From Bugula neritina (Eukaryota; Animalia; Bryozoa): 64,000 nucleotides of DNA. The stretch lies in NCBI GenBank assembly GCA_964035545.1, contig OZ037765.1:25977504-26041503 (forward strand). Direction: 5' to 3'. The position numbers and the translations under genes are program-made. Numbering within the stretch: the stretch's first letter is position 1; each line of letters starts with the position of its first letter. The notes beneath the pieces were generated by a model. The model ran no database searches. It was not told the DNA's origin and saw only the letters and a program-made list of their open reading frames with translations. Below, piece after piece: positions 24,501 through 34,300 of this stretch.

Positions 24501-25810
24501 GGCTTCCCGAACAGATACACTCTGATCAAGGCGCTCAATTCCAGTCTCAACTGATGAGCGACCTTTGCCACCTCTGGGGAGTAAATCGGAGCAGGACCAC
24601 CCCCTACCACCCTCAAGGTAACGGGGTGGTGGAGCGCAACAACCGGATGCTAGGTGATGCACTCCGGAGTCTCCTCCTTGGACGAGGTCAAGAGGAATGG
24701 GATACGGTGTTGCCGCAAGTCATGCGTGCATACCGTAGCACCCCACACACCAGTACTGGTGAGACCCCAAACCTCTTGATGCTCGGGAGAGAGACTCGTG
24801 TCCCTGACCATCTCACCTATCACGTTCCAGAGCAAGACAACTCGGTTCACGAGTATGCCAGTGAACTAGTGGAACGGATGAAGGCCGCACACGATATACT
24901 GCGCCAACAGCAGTGGAAGGTGCGGCACGAAGATTCCGATGAACCACCCCTCTATCAAACGGGAGATAAGGTGTGGATGGTCAATTACCGTAGGCGTCGC
25001 GGACAGGCTGATAAACTGAAGCCTAAGTTCGTAGGCCCCTACGTGGTCGTCGAGGCTATGCCCAATCATACGTACAAGATTGAGCGCTCAGGACAGGTGT
25101 CTATCCAGAATGAGTCTCGCTTGAAACCGTATTGGGCTAGCCCTGACGGAGTGGGAGAAGCCCCCCCGTTGTTAGAGCCCAGGAGGCAGACAACGACGCG
25201 CGGGCGACGGCGGCATGGACCTGAATACGAAGTGGTCATACCGCGGGAGGAAAACTTGGTGAGAGAGGAGCGGCAGCTTTTGTCAACCGAAGCGTGTCCG
25301 CCACCACCAAGTCTAATTCCATCACTTCCAGAAACCGAGCCGGTTCCGGAAGTGCAAACCCCCACGGAGGGAGGGGCTCCATCCGGAGAACAAGAAGAGG
25401 TGACCGCTAACGGTGAAGTAGAGACGCCATTAGAGGCCCCTACTAACGAACCGGCAAGCGTGTCACCCCCCCTAGAAAGGGGACAGCGTACGAGGAAACC
25501 CCCACCGTATTTGAAAGACTTCGTATGTGACTGCATTAGAAGCGGCGCACATGAAAGTCTAGGGGAAAACCGTACGATAAAATGTTGGAGTTGTGAACCC
25601 CACGCAAATATCAACTTTTGCGAGGGCGGAATAGTGGGAGGAATTAATGCGCGTAAAGCAAATAGTTCCGACCTCGTGCCTCAGAAACGATGCTCAGCCT
25701 TTTCTTATGCTGACATCGCCAAAGGCAGACGTATCTCACAACCAGCTCCAACCTTACCAAGAACGTTGAGTATGGACATTAATACCGAGTTCCCAGGTAA
25801 GCCAGTATAA
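21524..25810 (+). CDS. pol: Gypsy Pol polyprotein (protease, RT, RNase H, integrase); true N-terminus probably in the -1 frame from 21184
   Basis: Protease LLDSGC; RT WRFCVDYRKLN, LPFGL and YLDD; RNase H DTDAS; integrase H-x3-H...CEIC, VDL/SDQG/VER DDE triad and a GPY motif. Confidence 0.96.
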   Translation: MRGGVKVQPHGESYFLPGKVAGNAVTFLLDSGCTTNLLSRRVFEALPRRDRDRVRPYTGEHGTLADGSCIPFYGIIELPGRVRDQAVQETFIIGQLEEDAILGMPFLKQHQCRIDFSKSVVLMGGRELACVDKFGRPLVGGVQVVRNCTVPGRSRATIHCRVNSNRIARLGVVESAHEKIQLASSLNRLTERGEVLVQCVNPFTEPIELPAGSMLGRFHSVQEEDVGPSLGNATEAPPRHPIQGRGAVPTHLRELYETASGGCASNRERQAMAKLLRDYGDVFSSGEHDVGLTGIVRHEIPLTAGTVPVRQPTRRLGPEKEKEVSRQVRDLLDRGLIEPAHSAWSSPVVLVRKKDGSWRFCVDYRKLNSVTIQDAYPLPRIDESLDALAGSKYFSTLDLLSGYWQVPLSPDAQEKAAFITRDGLWKWKVLPFGLTSAPATFQRLMEQVLSGLHWKTLLVYLDDVIVISPDFETHVSRLQEVFERLRGAGLKLKPSKCALLQPEVKYLGHVVGRNGVATDPEKVRAVEDWVTPQDLTGLRAFLGLVGYYRQYIPDFAGIAQPLNRLTAKGVTWQWTPVEQEAFDRLKGCLLTAPILAYPDPTLEYILDTDASDQNVGAVLSQVQEGREVVVAYYSKSLSPAERNYCTTRKELLAVIKSVKHFRPYLYGRKFRLRTDHASLIWLCRRAEPSSQVARWLEILAEFSYRIEHRPGKRHSNADGLSRRPDGGCKQCLNIERRDGGPPRCELETLAHHGAPFDWDQGQLRQRVDESPEDVQNLRANPVLAGNVRELKKLQEELPGVVADIYRAKREGRRPSEERIRQGCAEFRLYCQRWDSLRIGQDGLLTISLAASGRHPERKKVVCPTAIRRELIWDTHKQAHAGVKRVISKLRLRWYWPQMERDVRLRVKQCEICQASKHSRPPGEAGRRRLYAGRPWQVVAVDLVGPMPLTPRGNNWILVLTDHFTRWADALAIPDASAPTVARALDQHVFCYFGLPEQIHSDQGAQFQSQLMSDLCHLWGVNRSRTTPYHPQGNGVVERNNRMLGDALRSLLLGRGQEEWDTVLPQVMRAYRSTPHTSTGETPNLLMLGRETRVPDHLTYHVPEQDNSVHEYASELVERMKAAHDILRQQQWKVRHEDSDEPPLYQTGDKVWMVNYRRRRGQADKLKPKFVGPYVVVEAMPNHTYKIERSGQVSIQNESRLKPYWASPDGVGEAPPLLEPRRQTTTRGRRRHGPEYEVVIPREENLVREERQLLSTEACPPPPSLIPSLPETEPVPEVQTPTEGGAPSGEQEEVTANGEVETPLEAPTNEPASVSPPLERGQRTRKPPPYLKDFVCDCIRSGAHESLGENRTIKCWSCEPHANINFCEGGIVGGINARKANSSDLVPQKRCSAFSYADIAKGRRISQPAPTLPRTLSMDINTEFPGKPV

Positions 25811-25827
25811 GTCTTGTATTCCTATTC

Positions 25828-26899
25828 ATGGAAACGGGCTCAATGCCAGTAAATTCTGAACTAATTCAGCAGATTGAATCAGAATTACTGGGAACCACGT
25901 TCCATGTGAATGACGATGAAGACACTGTAATGGCCGATGGTCTGTTAGACCTGGAGCTAGACACTGTTCTTGGTCAGTCCACACATGATTCATCAGTTCC
26001 TCGAGTGCATTCCAAAAGCTGTGACTCTCAGGCTAGCAACGGTCGACAGTCACTAGAATTATGTTGTAAAGATCCACCGCGATCTAACAATAATTCTACT
26101 TTTGTAGACACACTCGCGCCCGTCTCTCCGGGCATGCCTTCTCTAGAGATGGCGTGGGACCCAGAGCCGGCCCCAACAACTTCTACAACCAGGCAACTGC
26201 CACCCCAGTTGGAAGCAACCTCCAACTGGATTACCCCTGCCACAGAGAGAAATCAGGACCCATCAAGGAGGTGAGAGTAATCGTGAATGCAACCTCTGCC
26301 AGCAGCGATTCACGACCCACCGCAGACTAAAAGTACACTTGCCGCAGCACTACATCACCACTTTCTGTCCTTGCGGAGAATATAGCTACAATCGTGATTA
26401 CCTATTGCGGCACCAACGTACTATGCAGTGTTATCAAGGGCATGTCTATGAAGTAGACGAATCATCCTATCCTGCCTTTCTCAACGCCATCAAACCACTC
26501 ATCACTGACTCAGCTCGGCTATCTCGCCTGGAGCAAGGCTTCCCTTCCCCGCGACCCATCATCTCTGGAGCCGCAGATAAACCTACACAGTCTACTAACT
26601 CTCCACCTCACAGTCCTCTACGCATGCCGCATACCTTTCCTCGTGTCGTACTACAGAGGGTAGACACAAATGCGTATACACTCCCTCCTCCCCTTCCATC
26701 CTCAGAGCGGAAAAGACATAGACAGCCGACTTCCTCTCGCTCGTCCCCCTGGGCCCGCAACCTACGTGAAGTAGAAGCTAGGGCACACGACTTGGAGCAA
26801 GAAGTGTACAGACTGGCCCCACGGGTGCAGGCTGCATCCAGTGAACTCAAATATTTACAGGAGTCTATTAAACGCATGAAGCGTGCGGCCCGCAGTTAA
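25828..26899 (+). CDS. Gypsy ORF3: acidic N-terminus, C2H2 zinc finger(s) and C-terminal coiled coil, split over two overlapping frames
   Basis: The frame of 26339..26899 is open upstream to 26147 and reads CNLCQQRFTTHRRLKVHLPQH (26288-26350) then CPCGEYSYNRDYLLRHQRTMQC. It overlaps ATG-ORF 25828..26274 by about 130 nt. Confidence 0.7.
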
Positions 26900-27160
26900 C
26901 TTGAGTCTACCTACAATTCCATACTACCCTCCCCCTACCTCTCTGTGGCATTCCCTACCGTAATGGTGGCACGTACTCTACATGTAGATAGGACCTTCTC
27001 TTGCTTATTACTTAGTGTGCACGTTATATATACCTGTATATTTTTATCAGTTGTTGTTTTTTTTGTATATACTTTTATACTGTTCTCTTACCCCCCCCCC
27101 ACAACGAAGTATACGTTTTTTTATGTGAATTTTATTTTATCAGAAAGTGGGCTTTCTGCT

Positions 27161-27171
27161 GGAGGGGGCAG
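27161..27171 (+). promoter_or_regulatory. Polypurine tract of the Gypsy element
   Basis: GGAGGGGGCAG immediately before the 3' LTR. Confidence 0.85.
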
Positions 27172-27477
27172 TGTGGTGGCTCGTGGAGCTACCAGCAACA
27201 CAATACGCAAGGTTGCGTATTGACCCGGAACAATGTATTAGCCAATTAGCTAGGCTGTTTTATAAATAATAGTAGCCGCTTCGCGCTACTAGCTCAGTTG
27301 AGGATAGTGCTGTAAATTAAATAGACGTGCGTATCATTACTGTTGTACATTAGATTTTATTATGTATTCTTGTATTAAAATATAACGATATCTACTCGAC
27401 TTAACTCGGTGAAGTTTCTCTAGTGTTAAATAGACTCTCTTGGTGGCACATCAACCCTAAATCTGGAAATCATAACA
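27172..27477 (+). repeat. Gypsy 3' LTR (306 bp)
   Basis: Direct repeat of 20029-20334. Confidence 0.97.
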
Positions 27478-28306
27478 CTATTACTATTAGTATTAGTGAA
27501 ATGAAAAACACATAGGCTTTTCCCTTAAGGCAATTGCAGTTTGATGTTTCATTTTCTATTGAATTTGATAACTATGGTTTATGTCATAATATAATAATAT
27601 ATTATTTAATACATTTGATTAATATTAAAACTATTTTTATTAATACACTATCACTTACAGTATGAATATTGGGGTAAGTATTAGTTAAAGATTAACACGT
27701 TGCTTCTAAAACATATTTTTTCCATTGTAAATTTATCGAGCAAATTGAAATATAAGTACATCTGCAAACTTATTAATTTGTTATACTTTTTACGATTAAA
27801 TACGGACGATCACTATGTAAAACTAAAAGTAAAAACCAAGTCCAACCGTTCATTTTTAAATTGAAACTGAAAAGTAGAGTCAGAGTGAGAGTATTTAATT
27901 GTCGGTGGATTAAAGGCTTTGCTAAAGCCAAACGGAAATAAGGTAACAACAATATAAATAAATATAAACATTTGCAAAAGTGAAACTTGATCATTATAAA
28001 TACTTTGTACATAATAAATTTATTATCCATCGTGTTGAGAAACAATCATGCGATCCTATCGCTAATCACATTCATGACAATCACGTGACAATATGCTAAC
28101 TAATTGCTTTACTAGAATCGCTGTATACTTGTTTACCCCTTCTCTTCCGTTTTATATTATACAAAACCATCACGCTGTTTTTCATTCAAATAAATATTTT
28201 ATTACCAAATAATTAAATCAGTCAGTCAGTTTGCTCGATAAGTTAAATCAGCAATCAATATCGTATTTCATAATAAATACTATACACGATGGCAACACAT
28301 TCAACA

Positions 28307-28320
28307 GGTTATGGGCCCAG
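28307..28320 (+). promoter_or_regulatory. Copia-type PBS complementary to the anticodon stem-loop of initiator tRNA-Met (half-tRNA primer)
   Basis: GGTTATGGGCCCAG is the reverse complement of CTGGGCCCATAACC in tRNAiMet, as in Drosophila copia. Confidence 0.88.
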
Positions 28321-28504
28321 ATGCTTTGTAGCCATCAACTTCTACCCTGCGACTTGCTCCACGAGGTAGCTACTAATACTAATCACTCACACTGTACAGT
28401 GTCACTCACACTGTACACAATACTACTACTACTCACTGTACAGTGTCACTCACACTGTACACAGTACTATTACTACTCAGTACTCACTCACTCTACAGTG
28501 TCAC

Positions 28505-29117
28505 TCACACGGCACACACAGACACAGACCGGAACACACACCGGCACAAAGACTGGAACACACACACCGGCACAAAGACCGGAACACACACCGGCACAGA
28601 CCGGAACACACACCGGCACACAGACCGGAACACACACCGGCACACAGACCGGAACACACGCCGGCACACAGACCGGAACACACACCGGCACACAGACCGG
28701 AACACACACCGGCACACAGACCGGAACACACACCGGCACACAGACCGGAACACACACCGGCACAAAGACCGGAACACACACCGGCACACAGACCGGAACA
28801 CACCACACACACACTGAAACACAAACCGGCACACACACCAAAACACAAACCGGCACACACACCGGCGCACACGCCAGAACACACACTGACACACACACAC
28901 TGACACACACAGACCGAGACACACACCGGCACACAAACCGACACACACACCGGAACACAAACCGACACACACCTCGAAACACAAACTGGCACACGCACCG
29001 GAACACACACCGGCGCACACGCCAGAACACACACTGACACGCACACACTGAAACACACACACTGAAACACACACCGGCACACGCACCGTAACACACCGGC
29101 ACACACACCGGCACACA
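28505..29117 (+). repeat. 24-bp (2x12) AC-rich minisatellite accggaacacacaccggcacacag, degenerating towards the 3' end
   Basis: About 12 near-perfect units at 28527-28800, followed by decayed units. Confidence 0.95.
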
Positions 29118-29405
29118 AAACAGCAGAAATGGTACCCAGAATACCATGCCACAAGAACCTGCACAAACATGCGGAAATGACGCAATGAACGTCATACCAC
29201 AAGGACTCGCACTAAACAGCAGAAATGGTACTCAGAATACCATACCACAAGAACCTGCACACAAATGCGGAAATGACGCAATGAACGTCATGCCACAAGG
29301 ACCCGCACAAAACAACAGAAATGGTACTCAGAATACCATACCACAAGAACCTGCACAAAAATGCGGAAATGACGCAATGAACGCCATGCCACAAAGACCT
29401 GCACC
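29118..29405 (+). repeat. 96-bp tandem repeat x3, each unit made of two diverged 48-bp subunits
   Basis: Units start at 29118, 29214 and 29310 and translate as NSRNGTQNTxPQEPAQ/xCGNDAMNVxPQGxAx. Confidence 0.93.
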
Positions 29406-29449
29406 AGATCTGGCAAAGGCCACTGATCAATCTGGACCACGTAAATCAT

Positions 29450-30307
29450 AACGGAAACGAAAGTGTTCTACCTACCTACAGAACTATGACATAGAAGACA
29501 CTAACTATGCTTGCCCACTGATGGCAAACATATCACAGTCCACCAAGAAACTGTAAATTCAAGAGATAGAGAAGCCTAGAAAAGAGCTAAGGACAAGAAA
29601 ATAAACACTCTACATAATTCAAACAAGGAAAAACCCCTGGTGAAAAACCACATAAAACTAGATATGTAGCAAAAGGATACTGACAAATACAATGAGTTGA
29701 CTATGATGAAACGTACAGTCCAACCACCAGATTTACATCGATCAGATTGCTGTTACAGAAAGCAGCAAAATAAAAACAAGAAGATACATCAACGAGATGT
29801 TAAAGAGGCGTACCTAAACACGCCAATCAATAAGGAAACCTACCTACAACAGCCTGAAGAGTACAAAGAAACCAGCAACCAAGGGAAGCTTTCTTGGCGT
29901 CCCAACAGATCCATATATATGGCCTCAAACAGAGCAGATGCAATTGGCACCAAACACTTACCACTTTCCTCAAGGAACAAGGCTTCACACCAAGGTGCCG
30001 GAGACCCTTGTCTATACTCAAAACAGGACCTTTCAGACCTTGTGCAAAACATTCAAGATAAAACAGAATAACCCTAACACAGTTTTCACCAACAACCTTG
30101 GAGCCATTGCCCTCACTAAGGGACAACCATACTTATAAAAGAGGAGCAAACACATTGACATTAGATTCCACATTGTCAGAGAGCAAACCACCATAGTATA
30201 CCAACACATTAGAGGAGCGGAGAACCCTGCCAATGTCATGACTAAGAGCTTGCCTAAAACCAATCACAGAATTGCCCTGGAGCTACTAGCTATCAAATCA
30301 CATGCTT
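29450..30307 (+). pseudogene. Degenerate Copia pol remnant (RT N-part and RNase H end)
   Basis: VAKGY*QIQ*VDYDETYSP, HQRDVKEAYLN...YLQQPE, YGLKQS, DPCLY, NLGAIAL, KRSKHIDIRFHIVRE and NPANVMTKSL, with stops, frameshifts and large deletions. Confidence 0.9.
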
Positions 30308-30665
30308 GAGGGGGCGTGTTGAGAAACAATCATGCGATCCTATCGCTAATCACATTCATGACAATCACGTGACAATATGCTAACTAATTGCTTTACTAGA
30401 ATCGCTGTATACTTGTTTACCCCTTCTCTTCCGTTCTGTTATACAAAAACCATCGTCATGTTTTTGATTCAAATAAATATTTTATTACCAAATAATTAAA
30501 TCAGTCAGTCAGTTTGCTCGATAAGTTAAATCAGCAATCAATATCGTATTTCATAATAAATACTATACACGATGGCAACACATTCAACACATCGTTCATA
30601 GTCATTGTGATTGAGTGATGGTCAATGTAATGAATAATTATAATCATAATGGCTATAATAATCGA

Positions 30666-30870
30666 AGGATTGGGGCGTGACATAAAAGACTTCGTAAGCC
30701 TCGCTACTAATCTAACCTACGTTTTAGCTTTATTCTGAAGCTGCCAATCGAACTTTAGCATTATATTTTTCTCGACCAGCCAATCAGATGCGTCAATGAC
30801 ACAGCGCTACTAAAGAGATATGTCAAGGTCGGGTAGCCTCTTTTCAGTTGTTTGTTGTTAAATGGCCGTA
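30666..30870. promoter_or_regulatory. Candidate bidirectional promoter (PEX11/WDR93)
   Basis: Locally GC/CpG-richer, with three CCAAT/ATTGG boxes, GGGGCG and TGCGTCA. Outward-facing donor-like sites at ~30720 (- strand GTAGGT) and ~30868 (+ strand GTATGC). Confidence 0.4.
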
Positions 30871-31356
30871 TGCTTAGAAACATACAGAACAGCTTCTTTG
30901 TTAAAAAAATTGGATGCACATAAACACATTATAAACTTTTCATTAATTGTTAACTTATGATTAATTCATTATTTTATGGTATATATTGTAAAAAGTTCCT
31001 TTACTGAATTAAAGTCATTATATTTGTTGATCATGGTCATTCGTTATTGTGTAAAATATTTATATAGTTATAGTTATACGGTTATTAATATTTCAAGTTG
31101 CACGTTTTAGTTTGTTTGTTTGTTTAATCATTGTCATTTAGTTACTTGTAAATTTGAGCTGTAAGCATAATTGTATGATTATTTTATTTTTTGGTTTTAG
31201 AAGTAAATAATAACTCTACATAAATTGTACTTGTAGACGCTTATGGTTATACGTTAGTTGATTAGTGATGATGCATTAATAAGCACACTACTTTTAATTA
31301 TAAAAACTAAAGATTATATGTATAGTAAAAATATTTTAGAACGACCAACATACACA

Positions 31357-34300
31357 ATGGCTTTAATCATAAAAAGCTTAGCAGTAGATCCTCCAAACTA
31401 CGACGAGCTCTCAGATGACGAAGATGACTTCGTTAAAGATCCTGCACAATACAGAGATCAACTACCTCAGCCTTATCGATTAATTGATGAATTACTTAAC
31501 TTTTTTCTTGATGATGTGTGGGAAAAAATTACTTTCCAAGAAAATGAAAAGGCCGCAGAACTGTCAAAGATTAGGCCTCCTAAATATGATTGTGCCGTGC
31601 AACTGTCGGTATGGCTCAAACTTATTGACTGTTAATTTTTGCTTGCAAATTTATAAGTTTCTATATATCAACATTATATGCTAGTATTTTACAATCTAGT
31701 CTTTTATGAAGTTTGCTGATTATTTATAGCAACACTGAAGCATAATATGCTTTGCTTGCAAAGTTGCCTTGCATGGTTATAATTTGATTTATTTAGGAGA
31801 ACCCTCTCACAAAAGCAATGGCTGCTACTAATGACGGCAGATACTTGTTTGCAGCCTTTATTGGTGGTATTTCAATGTTTGATGCAGCCAAAAAGAAAGT
31901 TTTGTACACATATGAAGATGATCATCTTGATATTCAACAGCTTAGCTGCACCATTATTAATGCAGAAATCTACATAATATCAGCTGTTGATGAGTTGGGT
32001 AAGTTTATAAAACTGCAAAATATGAATTAGTCCTATTGGTTTTAACAACATTTTATTGTGTGATGCTAAAAGTTTTTGTTCTGTTTTTGTTCTTCCTTTT
32101 TGTTCTTAGTCACAGTGTCATTGCATTAACACTCTGTATTAAAAAAAATTGTTTGGTTAGTCTGTTATTGAAATGGTGATTATAGGGATATGCAGACTAT
32201 TTGCAAGTGTCGCAGAGAAAATATTTGTGATGAAAGTGCTGACTGAAGACGCAAGCACTAGACTATGCGCTGTCAAATGTGAAGTTTCTGCTGATGGTGA
32301 CTACATGGGAGTTGTGCTTGAAAGTAAGTCTATCTAAAAAAGTTTAAATAATAAGCAATATATATAAACAATGATGCTCATTTTGTTAGAATATAAAACA
32401 TGTTTACATTGCATCTTGCAGATCCAACAAACAACGACACGGTGTTGGAGGTATATAGCCTTCCTAGAGACATCTGGATTAAAGAGTTGGAAGATATTAA
32501 GGGAAAACTTGCTGCTGCAGCTGAAGCCAAACAGCAGCCTCAATCTACTGTCATAACTGAAGCAACAGTTAGTTTGCATAAATTTATCAAAATTTTCGGA
32601 GAAATGGTTAATATATGTGATATTTTACATGTGATGGTACATTGCATACCAATCTGAGAGAGCTCTTTTGTGTATTGTAGTATATTTCAGAAAGTTGTGA
32701 TGTAAATAATTGCTTGAAACGCTAACAACAAATATTTTTAACTTTTGTGACTGTAAAATTACAAACCTAGTCTAAGTAAATCTGAAATGTATTTTGTATA
32801 AATAACATTTTTACCATTGCAGGATAACAATGCCGACCAGATGCCTTTGCAAACAGAATCGGAACTCACAGAGGAAGCAGAAAAAAGGTCTACGGAATCG
32901 GTTAGTTTTTGGTACAACTTGCGTGAGAACATTTGTAGCTATCTTTTGCGTAAAAATAATAATAGAAGTATCTAATAATTTAATAGTTTAAAAGTTTAAA
33001 GATGAGGTGCATTAATGAAGAAATTATGGAAAGCCTGTGTTTTAGATAAAAAGAATCACAAAAGGAATTCTGTTTTTACTAGATATTACCAAAGTTTTCA
33101 AAGGTATTTAATGCACTTGGTCTATGAAAATTTCTCATTTACTCATTTTAAACGCAGCATAGTTCAGTTTTTACTTAGACTTCAATTTTTTTTACTGATT
33201 GGATTTGGTAAAAACTGTGATATTTTTTCTGGTCTTTTGCAAAACTCTAGAAAGGTAAGCAAAATCACTTGAAAAGAAAAGTGAAATCTCGTACAACCAC
33301 AAACTTGCCAACTACTAAGAATAGTGATCGGAAATTTCAAAGATCATTTTCTGACAAAGTTAAAAAGCGATATTCTGTAAAGCCAAATGCAGAATCTAAA
33401 AGTAGTAAGAATCGTACATCATCAAGAGACAGTTCGAGACACTCAAGCACCAAGTCTGATAGAATATCTTCATCATCCGCTTCATTTAAACGACGAAGAA
33501 AGGTTGTGCAAAATGTGAACGCAGTAAATAGAAAGGAAACCATAGCACTTTTTAACCCGAAGACACCATTCATTACCTCCCACATCAAAGTAGACACTTG
33601 ACACTTGTAGACACTTGTAGACCACTTGTCATTGGTGTTGTTGAGCCTTCAAACCTCACCTGTTTTATTATGTAAACTTGTGTATGGACAATAACTGCAT
33701 GCATATTAAATGTAGCAATTTATAACATTATTATAATATGTTAACATTATATTGATTGTATTGTTGGCTGTCTTTATATTCTTATCAAATCACTGTTAGT
33801 TACTAGATATTATAATGCAATCTGCATCACAAAGCATTATTTAGTGCACTGCAAACCATAGGAAATTTAGTATTGTGTGTTTTCATGTGATATAACATAT
33901 ATTGTATGATGTTGCGCGTAATGTGTAATAATATAACTTTTTAGACAGCTTCAAAGAAAGGCATGTCAGACTATAAGTTTACACCTGTTACCATGGTGAT
34001 GAGACAACATCACCCAGAAAAATTGCAAGGTAACGTTAATCGTGCACCCAATGTCATAAAGTTAGAGGCTGTCTCCTCTTGCATGATATTTCTTTTGAGT
34101 TATGTAGAATGAACACATTTTTATTAGAAAAATTTAAATAAATTTGATATAAATTCTTAAGGCTTGTAAATATGTTGCCGTAGCCAAATTAATGTTTGGT
34201 AGCAAATCAAGGGATTTCACCAGCAGCGGCTTTAAAAGAGGTATCTGATCCGAAACACATTCTCGGATCTGGTCAAGGTCACGTATTGACGCGACCTTAT

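Larger units (their letters stand above)
20029..27477 (+). mobile_element. Full-length Ty3/Gypsy LTR retrotransposon, recent insertion
   Basis: TG...CA LTRs at 20029-20334 and 27172-27477. 4-bp TSD CTAT at 20025-20028 and 27478-27481. PBS, PPT, gag and pol in PR-RT-RH-INT order. GC-rich relative to host. Confidence 0.98.
28033..30589 (+). mobile_element. Non-autonomous, internally deleted Ty1/Copia LTR element
   Basis: LTRs at 28033-28306 (274 bp) and 30317-30589 (273 bp), TGTTG...CAACA. 5-bp TSD CATCG at 28028-28032 and 30590-30594. PBS GGTTATGGGCCCAG; PPT GAGGGGGCG at 30308-30316; Copia RT/RNase H relics. Confidence 0.95.

Noticed and set aside
26945-27223. Hydrophobic ORF as an env transmembrane remnant
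   Set aside because: GTG start, T-rich 3' UTR composition, and it runs through the PPT into the LTR.
28231-29202. Five long ORFs on both strands (TGTH- and VCVP-type repeats)
   Set aside because: They are a by-product of a stop-free AC-rich minisatellite inside the Copia element, with no independent evidence of genes.
28505-29405. Regularly spaced repeats as a CRISPR-like array
   Set aside because: These are head-to-tail tandem units with no unique spacers, in a eukaryotic context with no cas genes.
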